64,000 nt of DNA, from NCBI RefSeq assembly GCF_036588685.1, contig NC_086383.1:70990001-71054000 (forward strand), read 5' to 3'. Shown here piece by piece: positions 19,548-31,794 of this stretch. How positions within the stretch are numbered: position 1 is the stretch's first letter; every line of letters starts with the position of its first letter. The position numbers were made by a program, and so were the translations under genes. This stretch comes from Mytilus trossulus (Eukaryota). The notes beneath the pieces are model-generated. The model did no database searches and was not told where the DNA came from. It saw only the letters and a program-made list of their open reading frames with translations.

Positions 19548-22492
19548 TTTGAATGATTCAAAATATTATCCTTTACGAAGTTTATACTACGAATAACGAT
19601 TTGAAAATAACGCCATTCCAGGCCTCGTTTATTTATAACAGACGAACGCGGACCTCGACGAAGACACCCTTAAAAATAACTTGTAAAATCCATTACGCGA
19701 TCTCGGTAAAATGATTATGTGCTTCTTCGAAGACTTTTATGATAATTTATAGTATAATTCTATCAAAAACATTCACATATAGCATACCAAATTGCTCAAC
19801 AGTCATTAATCTTGCATGTTAGATAAACTGTGTATTTTTCGATGTACACAGTAAAAAGATATTAATAGTTAAAGTAGAACCGACTGAATTGTCTTCGCAG
19901 GTATGTTGACAGAAAATTTACGAGTTTTTCTCATTACACAAATATTCTATCGTCGTAAAATTGTACAGCGGAAGAAAAATCATTTCTCTCTAGGTTTCTT
20001 TCCGTTTTTATTCACTGGAAGCATGTTCCTCCTCGTAATAAGTTTGTTTCCAGCTAGAGGGAAACACACAAAAAGTTCACGCGCCATTGTTTAATTGCAG
20101 ATTTTTACTAAAACTTCAAATAACATTTTTATTCAACCCGAGCGAAATTTCGCAAACATTCAAGATTCGAATGAACAAACCCAATATCTAGAATACGAAT
20201 TTGAAACATCTTTTTATTTAATTTAGCGTTGGGAACTTTTCAGAGAGCGACTTTGTTTTCAGTGGATCTCAGGCACTGAACAACTGTTCTGTATGATGCG
20301 TATTCGCTTTTATTTCCATTTTCATGTACAATTTGCGCTCTTTCAAGTCAAAAACTCGAATATGTCTTATAGAATATACCATATTTTTCAACAAAATATA
20401 TTTAATTAATTTTATTATCAATAACCGATGATCAGAGCTCAAAGTGGCCTGGCCGCCTGAAAGTTTCGATACAAACAAAAACAAAACACGAAGATTTTTG
20501 TAGTTTTATAATTCGAAAGTGGTACATATCATTTGTATCTTAATTGACAATTACAAAAGTTCATTTATTTCCCCTAAAAAAGGGGAATGTGTGTCACAGT
20601 GAAGACTCTAGCTATACATATGCATTATACCTATATAAGCTATGCAAGTGAACCCAGAACCGGTAACGGGTGAAGCAGCATCCCGTGACACGGACGATTA
20701 AAAAGAGACGGAAGGACAAAAACACATCAGTGTGAACCATTGGACTTTGGGCAAAACATTTTCCCACTGTATTGAACTAAACCGCCAGCCCCTCCCCCTT
20801 TTTCCAAAAAAAACAAAATCCGGAGAAAAAAGGGGGGATATATAATAGGGTTCTCTTTTGAAGACATATTAGCATAGCGTTTAATGGATGTTAGTACAAG
20901 ATGTAATATGCTGTGTGTGTGGTTTTCTTCTTCATTAAGGCCAAATAAAAAAGAATATGTGTGCTTCCTACTCCCTATCTACCTTATATTTTAAGCTTAG
21001 TCATAGCATACCTTAAAGATTTTTTTTTTTTTTATCATTTTCCAATAAGCACAGATTTTTCAGTCTCCCATGTACGTATATACTAGTAGGCTATGTTTGT
21101 GTGTGTCGTTAAGGTGCTGTCATTTCAATATGAAAATAAAGAAGGAGATGTGGTATGATTGCCAATGAGACAACTATCCACCATAGTTCAAATGAAGTGG
21201 ATGTAAGCAATTATAGACAACTGTATAGATGATCTTCAAAAATGAGAGAAAAAAACCTATACCGTGAACCTACAATTCACGCGATACCTGTTATCAGAGA
21301 AATAACTTTTTCTTACTTTTGTACCACTGTCCGTCCATCCATCCTTGTGTTTGTTCATCACAGTAGTCACATGTGACGTCACTGTATTGTTTCGGGTTTA
21401 TTCACCTCGCGTGCTGTCGACAGATTAAAACGACATAGCAAAGATACAGTCAAGTCGTCACACACTAAATAACAGAGAGAAAAAAGAAGAGAAAAATCAC
21501 AGGACAACCATTTGAAAGAAACATAGAAACAAGTAGGTGCATTTATTTTATACACGAGTAAAACAAAGGTGAAATTCTAAAGGTAGAGAATAGTGAAATT
21601 TGCATAATAAATCGCAGGTAATAAAATGACAAAATAATTGCAGAACTGTTAAATGTTGAACAAAAACCTCCGTACTTTAGAGTTTCCTTCTAAATTTTAA
21701 TACACAATATTATTGTAGTAATTTTGACAAATAATAAATAAAAAAATAAATATATATAACAGACAAACGTCACTGCATTCATTTGCTACTAATCTGATTT
21801 TGACGATACGTTATACATCTTTTGTATTGTGTACATTTTAACAGTTTATTTATATAGTACTGAAAAAAAGTACTGAGTTTAATTTCAGAGTTACCTCCCC
21901 ATTGGCTAGTTGATATGAAATAGTGAGCCAACCTTTGACTTTGCATACGTGTAGAAAAAGTCCAACTAAAAATGTCAGTCAAGTTGAACACGAAGAAGAA
22001 GAGAGAAATGGAAAAACTCATATAATGACAAAAATGATTTTTCGGTTGAAGGTTAGCTGTGTGATTTTGACCCCCTTCCCCCTTAAAAAAGAGCACAATA
22101 AAACCCTAGCATGACTTCCTATATTCGTAGATTGTCATTCTAACGAAAACTGATTAGAAAAAGTTTTATTCAGTTCTAACAAGTGCGTGAAAATACACTG
22201 ATATAACTTTAATGGTGCCTAACTACACAAAAAATATCCAAAAAAAACAGCTGCATACTTAGGTGTTAGAAATAGTATAGTCATAAGGAGTGAAATAAAA
22301 CAAACAATGGAAATAATTTGACCAAAAAAATATTTCAGAGACCAGTGCAAAGTTCAGAGAAAGTAGGGCTCAGCTAGATTTAGTTTGATAACTAATGTAC
22401 AACAATTGTAGATTCTTTTTGAATAAATTGGGTAGCCCTTAAAAGGGCTTTTGGTGGCTGAATAGCCTCTGCAGACTGAAGTCTGGAACAGT

Positions 22493-23068
22493 TTACTTCT
22501 TCTTTGGTGTCTTCTTGGCTTTTGGTTTGGCTGCCTTCTTTTTGGCTGGTGACTTGGCTGCTGGCTTCTTTGGCTTGGCTGCTTTCTTTGCTGCTGGTTT
22601 TTTTGCTTTTGGTTTGGCCGCCTTTTTCTCTCCAGCTGGTTTCTTTGCTGCTGGCTTCTTTTTCTTGGGTGTGGTCTTTGCCTTCTTAGGCTTGGCGGCC
22701 TTAGGTTTGGCTGCTTTTTTTGCCTTTGCTGGCTTCTTTTTAACCACTTTAGCCTCTCCAATTCTGAAAGAGCCGGATGCTCCAGTTCCCTTGGACTGCT
22801 TCAAACTGTTGTTCTTAACTCCGGCTCTGAGTGCAAGTTTTAAATGAGCATTTACTGACTTGGCATCTTTTCCGACGTTGAAGTTGGCCATGATGTACTT
22901 CAGAATTGCTTGCCTTGAGGAACCTCCACGTTCTTTCAAAGCGGCGATGGCTTTTCCAATCATCTCGCTGTATTTAGGATGTGCGGAAGGCTTCTTTGGC
23001 TTGGCTGCTGCCTTTTTCTTTGGTGATTTAGCTGGTGCTACTGCTGGTGCTGCTGTTGCGTCTGCCAT
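22493..23068 (-). CDS. H1: Histone H1
   Basis: Identical 191-aa protein. Confidence 0.98.
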   Translation of the reverse strand: MADATAAPAVAPAKSPKKKAAAKPKKPSAHPKYSEMIGKAIAALKERGGSSRQAILKYIMANFNVGKDAKSVNAHLKLALRAGVKNNSLKQSKGTGASGSFRIGEAKVVKKKPAKAKKAAKPKAAKPKKAKTTPKKKKPAAKKPAGEKKAAKPKAKKPAAKKAAKPKKPAAKSPAKKKAAKPKAKKTPKKK

Positions 23069-25991
23069 TTTGAATGATTCAAAATATTATCCTTTACGAA
23101 GTTTATACTACGAATAACGATTTGAAAATAACGCCATTCCAGGCCTCGTTTATTTATAACAGACGAACGCGGACCTCGACGAAGACACCCTTAAAAATAA
23201 CTTGTAAAATCCATTACGCGATCTCGGTAAAATGATTATGTGCTTCTTCGAAGACTTTTATGATAATTTATAGTATAATTCTATCAAAAACATTCACATA
23301 TAGCATACCAAATTGCTCAACAGTCATTAATCTTGCATGTTAGATAAACTGTGTATTTTTCGATGTACACAGTAAAAAGATATTAATAGTTAAAGTAGAA
23401 CCGACTGAATTGTCTTCGCAGGTATGTTGACAGAAAATTTACGAGTTTTTCTCATTACACAAATATTCTATCGTCGTAAAATTGTACAGCGGAAGAAAAA
23501 TCATTTCTCTCTAGGTTTCTTTCCGTTTTTATTCACTGGAAGCATGTTCCTCCTCGTAATAAGTTTGTTTCCAGCTAGAGGGAAACACACAAAAAGTTCA
23601 CGCGCCATTGTTTAATTGCAGATTTTTACTAAAACTTCAAATAACATTTTTATTCAACCCGAGCGAAATTTCGCAAACATTCAAGATTCGAATGAACAAA
23701 CCCAATATCTAGAATACGAATTTGAAACATCTTTTTATTTAATTTAGCGTTGGGAACTTTTCAGAGAGCGACTTTGTTTTCAGTGGATCTCAGGCACTGA
23801 ACAACTGTTCTGTATGATGCGTATTCGCTTTTATTTCCATTTTCATGTACAATTTGCGCTCTTTCAAGTCAAAAACTCGAATATGTCTTATAGAATATAC
23901 CATATTTTTCAACAAAATATATTTAATTAATTTTATTATCAATAACCGATGATCAGAGCTCAAAGTGGCCTGGCCGCCTGAAAGTTTCGATACAAACAAA
24001 AACAAAATTATAATTCGAAAGTGGTACATATCATTTGTATCTTAATTGACAATTACAAAAGTTCATTTATTCCCCTAAAAAAGGGGAATGTGTGTCACAA
24101 GTGAAGACTCTAGCTATACATATGCATTATACCTATATAAGCTATGCAAGTGAACCCAGAACCGGTAACGGGTGAAGCAGCATCCCGTGACACGGACGAT
24201 TAAAAAGAGACGGAAGGACAAAAACACATCAGTGTGAACCATTGGACTTTGGGCAAAACATTTTCCCACTGTATTGAACTAAACCGCCAGCCCCTCCCCC
24301 TTTTTCCAAAAAAAACAAAATCCGGAGAAAAAAGGGGGGATATATAATAGGGTTCTCTTTTGAAGACATATTAGCATAGCGTTTAATGGATGTTAGTACA
24401 AGATGTAATATGCTGTGTGTGTGGTTTTCTTCTTCATTAAGGCCAAATAAAAAAGAATATGTGTGCTTCCTACTCCCTATCTACCTTATTTTTAAGCTTA
24501 GTCATAGCATACCTTAAAGATTTTTTTTTTTTTATCATTTTCCAATAAGCACAGATTTTCAGTCTCCCATGTACGTATATACTAGTAGGCTATGTTTGTG
24601 TGTGTCGTTAAGGTGCTGTCATTTCAATATGAAAATAAAGAAGGAGATGTGGTATGATTGCCAATGAGACAACTATCCACCATAGTTCAAATGAAGTGGA
24701 TGTAAGCAATTATAGACAACTGTATAGATGATCTTCAAAAATGAGAGAAAAAAACCTATACCGTGAACCTACAATTCACGCGATACCTGTTATCAGAGAA
24801 ATAACTTTTTCTTACTTTTGTACCACTGTCCGTCCATCCATCCTTGTGTTTGTTCATCACAGTAGTCACATGTGACGTCACTGTATTGTTTCGGGTTTAT
24901 TCACCTCGCGTGCTGTCGACAGATTAAAACGACATAGCAAAGATACAGTCAAGTCGTCACACACTAAATAACAGAGAGAAAAAAGAAGAGAAAAATCACA
25001 GGACAACCATTTGAAAGAAACATAGAAACAAGTAGGTGCATTTATTTTATACACGAGTAAAACAAAGGTGAAATTCTAAAGGTAGAGAATAGTGAAATTT
25101 GCATAATAAATCGCAGGTAATAAAATGACAAAATAATTGCAGAACTGTTAAATGTTGAACAAAAACCTCCGTACTTTAGAGTTTCCTTCTAAATTTTAAT
25201 ACACAATATTATTGTAGTAATTTTGACAAATAATAAATAAAAAAATAAATATATATAACAGACAAACGTCACTGCATTCATTTGCTACTAATCTGATTTT
25301 GACGATACGTTATACATCTTTTGTATTGTGTACATTTTAACAGTTTATTTATATAGTACTGAAAAAAAGTACTGAGTTTAATTTCAGAGTTACCTCCCCA
25401 TTGGCTAGTTGATATGAAATAGTGAGCCAACCTTTGACTTTGCATACGTGTAGAAAAAGTCCAACTAAAAATGTCAGTCAAGTTGAACACGAAGAAGAAG
25501 AGAGAAATGGAAAAACTCATATAATGACAAAAATGATTTTTCGGTTGAAGGTTAGCTGTGTGATTTTGACCCCCTTCCCCCTTAAAAAAGAGCACAATAA
25601 AACCCTAGCATGACTTCCTATATTCGTAGATTGTCATTCTAACGAAAACTGATTAGAAAAAGTTTTATTCAGTTCTAACAAGTGCGTGAAAATACACTGA
25701 TATAACTTTAATGGTGCCTAACTACACAAAAAATATCCAAAAAAAACAGCTGCATACTTAGGTGTTAGAAATAGTATAGTCATAAGGAGTGAAATAAAAC
25801 AAACAATGGAAATAATTTGACCAAAAAAATATTTCAGAGACCAGTGCAAAGTTCAGAGAAAGTAGGGCTCAGCTAGATTTAGTTTGATAACTAATGTACA
25901 ACAATTGTAGATTCTTTTTGAATAAATTGGGTAGCCCTTAAAAGGGCTTTTGGTGGCTGAATAGCCTCTGCAGACTGAAGTCTGGAACAGT

Positions 25992-26567
25992 TTACTTCTT
26001 CTTTGGTGTCTTCTTGGCTTTTGGTTTGGCTGCCTTCTTTTTGGCTGGTGACTTGGCTGCTGGCTTCTTTGGCTTGGCTGCTTTCTTTGCTGCTGGTTTT
26101 TTTGCTTTTGGTTTGGCCGCCTTTTTCTCTCCAGCTGGTTTCTTTGCTGCTGGCTTCTTTTTCTTGGGTGTGGTCTTTGCCTTCTTAGGCTTGGCGGCCT
26201 TAGGTTTGGCTGCTTTTTTTGCCTTTGCTGGCTTCTTTTTAACCACTTTAGCCTCTCCAATTCTGAAAGAGCCGGATGCTCCAGTTCCCTTGGACTGCTT
26301 CAAACTGTTGTTCTTAACTCCGGCTCTGAGTGCAAGTTTTAAATGAGCATTTACTGACTTGGCATCTTTTCCGACGTTGAAGTTGGCCATGATGTACTTC
26401 AGAATTGCTTGCCTTGAGGAACCTCCACGTTCTTTCAAAGCGGCGATGGCTTTTCCAATCATCTCGCTGTATTTAGGATGTGCGGAAGGCTTCTTTGGCT
26501 TGGCTGCTGCCTTTTTCTTTGGTGATTTAGCTGGTGCTACTGCTGGTGCTGCTGTTGCGTCTGCCAT
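25992..26567 (-). CDS. H1: Histone H1
   Basis: Identical 191-aa protein. Confidence 0.98.
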   Translation of the reverse strand: MADATAAPAVAPAKSPKKKAAAKPKKPSAHPKYSEMIGKAIAALKERGGSSRQAILKYIMANFNVGKDAKSVNAHLKLALRAGVKNNSLKQSKGTGASGSFRIGEAKVVKKKPAKAKKAAKPKAAKPKKAKTTPKKKKPAAKKPAGEKKAAKPKAKKPAAKKAAKPKKPAAKSPAKKKAAKPKAKKTPKKK

Positions 26568-27552
26568 TTTGAATGATTCAAAATATTATCCTTTACGAAG
26601 TTTATACTACGAATAACGATTTGAAAATAACGCCATTCCAGGCCTCGTTTATTTATAACAGACGAACGCGGACCTCGACGAAGACACCCTTAAAAATAAC
26701 TTGTAAAATCCATTACGCGATCTCGGTAAAATGATTATGTGCTTCTTCGAAGACTTTTATGATAATTTATAGTATAATTCTATCAAAAACATTCACATAT
26801 AGCATACCAAATTGCTCAACAGTCATTAATCTTGCATGTTAGATAAACTGTGTATTTTTCGATGTACACAGTAAAAAGATATTAATAGTTAAAGTAGAAC
26901 CGACTGAATTGTCTTCGCAGGTATGTTGACAGAAAATTTACGAGTTTTTCTCATTACACAAATATTCTATCGTCGTAAAATTGTACAGCGGAAGAAAAAT
27001 CATTTCTCTCTAGGTTTCTTTCCGTTTTTATTCACTGGAAGCATGTTCCTCCTCGTAATAAGTTTGTTTCCAGCTAGAGGGAAACACACAAAAAGTTCAC
27101 GCGCCATTGTTTAATTGCAGATTTTTACTAAAACTTCAAATAACATTTTTATTCAACCCGAGCGAAATTTCGCAAACATTCAAGATTCGAATGAACAAAC
27201 CCAATATCTAGAATACGAATTTGAAACATCTTTTTATTTAATTTAGCGTTGGGAACTTTTCAGAGAGCGACTTTGTTTTCAGTGGATCTCAGGCACTGAA
27301 CAACTGTTCTGTATGATGCGTATTCGCTTTTATTTCCATTTTCATGTACAATTTGCGCTCTTTCAAGTCAAAAACTCGAATATGTCTTATAGAATATACC
27401 ATATTTTTCAACAAAATATATTTAATTAATTTTATTATCAATAACCGATGATCAGAGCTCAAAGTGGCCTGGCCGCCTGAAAGTTTCGATACAAACAAAA
27501 ACAAAACACGAAGATTTTTGTAGTTTTATAATTCGAAAGTGGTACATATCAT

Positions 27553-27652
27553 NNNNNNNNNNNNNNNNNNNNNNNNNNNNNNNNNNNNNNNNNNNNNNNN
27601 NNNNNNNNNNNNNNNNNNNNNNNNNNNNNNNNNNNNNNNNNNNNNNNNNNNN
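27553..27652. other. Assembly gap (100 N)
   Basis: N run; array phase jumps across it. Confidence 1.
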
Positions 27653-27697
27653 CTTTTGGTGGCTGAATAGCCTCTGCAGACTGAAGTCTGGAACAGT

Positions 27698-28273
27698 TTA
27701 CTTCTTCTTTGGTGTCTTCTTGGCTTTTGGTTTGGCTGCCTTCTTTTTGGCTGGTGACTTGGCTGCTGGCTTCTTTGGCTTGGCTGCTTTCTTTGCTGCT
27801 GGTTTTTTTGCTTTTGGTTTGGCCGCCTTTTTCTCTCCAGCTGGTTTCTTTGCTGCTGGCTTCTTTTTCTTGGGTGTGGTCTTTGCCTTCTTAGGCTTGG
27901 CGGCCTTAGGTTTGGCTGCTTTTTTTGCCTTTGCTGGCTTCTTTTTAACCACTTTAGCCTCTCCAATTCTGAAAGAGCCGGATGCTCCAGTTCCCTTGGA
28001 CTGCTTCAAACTGTTGTTCTTAACTCCGGCTCTGAGTGCAAGTTTTAAATGAGCATTTACTGACTTGGCATCTTTTCCGACGTTGAAGTTGGCCATGATG
28101 TACTTCAGAATTGCTTGCCTTGAGGAACCTCCACGTTCTTTCAAAGCGGCGATGGCTTTTCCAATCATCTCGCTGTATTTAGGATGTGCGGAAGGCTTCT
28201 TTGGCTTGGCTGCTGCCTTTTTCTTTGGTGATTTAGCTGGTGCTACTGCTGGTGCTGCTGTTGCGTCTGCCAT
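27698..28273 (-). CDS. H1: Histone H1 (3' stem-loop falls in the gap)
   Basis: Identical 191-aa protein. Confidence 0.97.
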   Translation of the reverse strand: MADATAAPAVAPAKSPKKKAAAKPKKPSAHPKYSEMIGKAIAALKERGGSSRQAILKYIMANFNVGKDAKSVNAHLKLALRAGVKNNSLKQSKGTGASGSFRIGEAKVVKKKPAKAKKAAKPKAAKPKKAKTTPKKKKPAAKKPAGEKKAAKPKAKKPAAKKAAKPKKPAAKSPAKKKAAKPKAKKTPKKK

Positions 28274-31218
28274 TTTGAATGATTCAAAATATTATCCTTT
28301 ACGAAGTTTATACTACGAATAACGATTTGAAAATAACGCCATTCCAGGCCTCGTTTATTTATAACAGACGAACGCGGACCTCGACGAAGACACCCTTAAA
28401 AATAACTTGTAAAATCCATTACGCGATCTCGGTAAAATGATTATGTGCTTCTTCGAAGACTTTTATGATAATTTATAGTATAATTCTATCAAAAACATTC
28501 ACATATAGCATACCAAATTGCTCAACAGTCATTAATCTTGCATGTTAGATAAACTGTGTATTTTTCGATGTACACAGTAAAAAGATATTAATAGTTAAAG
28601 TAGAACCGACTGAATTGTCTTCGCAGGTATGTTGACAGAAAATTTACGAGTTTTTCTCATTACACAAATATTCTATCGTCGTAAAATTGTACAGCGGAAG
28701 AAAAATCATTTCTCTCTAGGTTTCTTTCCGTTTTTATTCACTGGAAGCATGTTCCTCCTCGTAATAAGTTTGTTTCCAGCTAGAGGGAAACACACAAAAA
28801 GTTCACGCGCCATTGTTTAATTGCAGATTTTTACTAAAACTTCAAATAACATTTTTATTCAACCCGAGCGAAATTTCGCAAACATTCAAGATTCGAATGA
28901 ACAAACCCAATATCTAGAATACGAATTTGAAACATCTTTTTATTTAATTTAGCGTTGGGAACTTTTCAGAGAGCGACTTTGTTTTCAGTGGATCTCAGGC
29001 ACTGAACAACTGTTCTGTATGATGCGTATTCGCTTTTATTTCCATTTTCATGTACAATTTGCGCTCTTTCAAGTCAAAAACTCGAATATGTCTTATAGAA
29101 TATACCATATTTTTCAACAAAATATATTTAATTAATTTTATTATCAATAACCGATGATCAGAGCTCAAAGTGGCCTGGCCGCCTGAAAGTTTCGATACAA
29201 ACAAAAACAAAACACGAAGATTTTTGTAGTTTTATAATTCGAAAGTGGTACATATCATTTGTATCTTAATTGACAATTACAAAAGTTCATTTATTTCCCC
29301 TAAAAAAGGGGAATGTGTGTCACAGTGAAGACTCTAGCTATACATATGCATTATACCTATATAAGCTATGCAAGTGAACCCAGAACCGGTAACGGGTGAA
29401 GCAGCATCCCGTGACACGGACGATTAAAAAGAGACGGAAGGACAAAAACACATCAGTGTGAACCATTGGACTTTGGGCAAAACATTTTCCCACTGTATTG
29501 AACTAAACCGCCAGCCCCTCCCCCTTTTTCCAAAAAAAACAAAATCCGGAGAAAAAAGGGGGGATATATAATAGGGTTCTCTTTTGAAGACATATTAGCA
29601 TAGCGTTTAATGGATGTTAGTACAAGATGTAATATGCTGTGTGTGTGGTTTTCTTCTTCATTAAGGCCAAATAAAAAAGAATATGTGTGCTTCCTACTCC
29701 CTATCTACCTTATATTTTAAGCTTAGTCATAGCATACCTTAAAGATTTTTTTTTTTTTTATCATTTTCCAATAAGCACAGATTTTTCAGTCTCCCATGTA
29801 CGTATATACTAGTAGGCTATGTTTGTGTGTGTCGTTAAGGTGCTGTCATTTCAATATGAAAATAAAGAAGGAGATGTGGTATGATTGCCAATGAGACAAC
29901 TATCCACCATAGTTCAAATGAAGTGGATGTAAGCAATTATAGACAACTGTATAGATGATCTTCAAAAATGAGAGAAAAAAACCTATACCGTGAACCTACA
30001 ATTCACGCGATACCTGTTATCAGAGAAATAACTTTTTCTTACTTTTGTACCACTGTCCGTCCATCCATCCTTGTGTTTGTTCATCACAGTAGTCACATGT
30101 GACGTCACTGTATTGTTTCGGGTTTATTCACCTCGCGTGCTGTCGACAGATTAAAACGACATAGCAAAGATACAGTCAAGTCGTCACACACTAAATAACA
30201 GAGAGAAAAAAGAAGAGAAAAATCACAGGACAACCATTTGAAAGAAACATAGAAACAAGTAGGTGCATTTATTTTATACACGAGTAAAACAAAGGTGAAA
30301 TTCTAAAGGTAGAGAATAGTGAAATTTGCATAATAAATCGCAGGTAATAAAATGACAAAATAATTGCAGAACTGTTAAATGTTGAACAAAAACCTCCGTA
30401 CTTTAGAGTTTCCTTCTAAATTTTAATACACAATATTATTGTAGTAATTTTGACAAATAATAAATAAAAAAATAAATATATATAACAGACAAACGTCACT
30501 GCATTCATTTGCTACTAATCTGATTTTGACGATACGTTATACATCTTTTGTATTGTGTACATTTTAACAGTTTATTTATATAGTACTGAAAAAAAGTACT
30601 GAGTTTAATTTCAGAGTTACCTCCCCATTGGCTAGTTGATATGAAATAGTGAGCCAACCTTTGACTTTGCATACGTGTAGAAAAAGTCCAACTAAAAATG
30701 TCAGTCAAGTTGAACACGAAGAAGAAGAGAGAAATGGAAAAACTCATATAATGACAAAAATGATTTTTCGGTTGAAGGTTAGCTGTGTGATTTTGACCCC
30801 CTTCCCCCTTAAAAAAGAGCACAATAAAACCCTAGCATGACTTCCTATATTCGTAGATTGTCATTCTAACGAAAACTGATTAGAAAAAGTTTTATTCAGT
30901 TCTAACAAGTGCGTGAAAATACACTGATATAACTTTAATGGTGCCTAACTACACAAAAAATATCCAAAAAAAACAGCTGCATACTTAGGTGTTAGAAATA
31001 GTATAGTCATAAGGAGTGAAATAAAACAAACAATGGAAATAATTTGACCAAAAAAATATTTCAGAGACCAGTGCAAAGTTCAGAGAAAGTAGGGCTCAGC
31101 TAGATTTAGTTTGATAACTAATGTACAACAATTGTAGATTCTTTTTGAATAAATTGGGTAGCCCTTAAAAGGGCTTTTGGTGGCTGAATAGCCTCTGCAG
31201 ACTGAAGTCTGGAACAGT

Positions 31219-31794
31219 TTACTTCTTCTTTGGTGTCTTCTTGGCTTTTGGTTTGGCTGCCTTCTTTTTGGCTGGTGACTTGGCTGCTGGCTTCTTTGGC
31301 TTGGCTGCTTTCTTTGCTGCTGGTTTTTTTGCTTTTGGTTTGGCCGCCTTTTTCTCTCCAGCTGGTTTCTTTGCTGCTGGCTTCTTTTTCTTGGGTGTGG
31401 TCTTTGCCTTCTTAGGCTTGGCGGCCTTAGGTTTGGCTGCTTTTTTTGCCTTTGCTGGCTTCTTTTTAACCACTTTAGCCTCTCCAATTCTGAAAGAGCC
31501 GGATGCTCCAGTTCCCTTGGACTGCTTCAAACTGTTGTTCTTAACTCCGGCTCTGAGTGCAAGTTTTAAATGAGCATTTACTGACTTGGCATCTTTTCCG
31601 ACGTTGAAGTTGGCCATGATGTACTTCAGAATTGCTTGCCTTGAGGAACCTCCACGTTCTTTCAAAGCGGCGATGGCTTTTCCAATCATCTCGCTGTATT
31701 TAGGATGTGCGGAAGGCTTCTTTGGCTTGGCTGCTGCCTTTTTCTTTGGTGATTTAGCTGGTGCTACTGCTGGTGCTGCTGTTGCGTCTGCCAT
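31219..31794 (-). CDS. H1: Histone H1
   Basis: Identical 191-aa protein. Confidence 0.98.
   Translation of the reverse strand: MADATAAPAVAPAKSPKKKAAAKPKKPSAHPKYSEMIGKAIAALKERGGSSRQAILKYIMANFNVGKDAKSVNAHLKLALRAGVKNNSLKQSKGTGASGSFRIGEAKVVKKKPAKAKKAAKPKAAKPKKAKTTPKKKKPAAKKPAGEKKAAKPKAKKPAAKKAAKPKKPAAKSPAKKKAAKPKAKKTPKKK

Noticed and set aside
27526-27966. ORFs spanning N runs (also 48259-48537 and 48315-48530)
   Set aside because: Artefacts of translating through assembly gaps.
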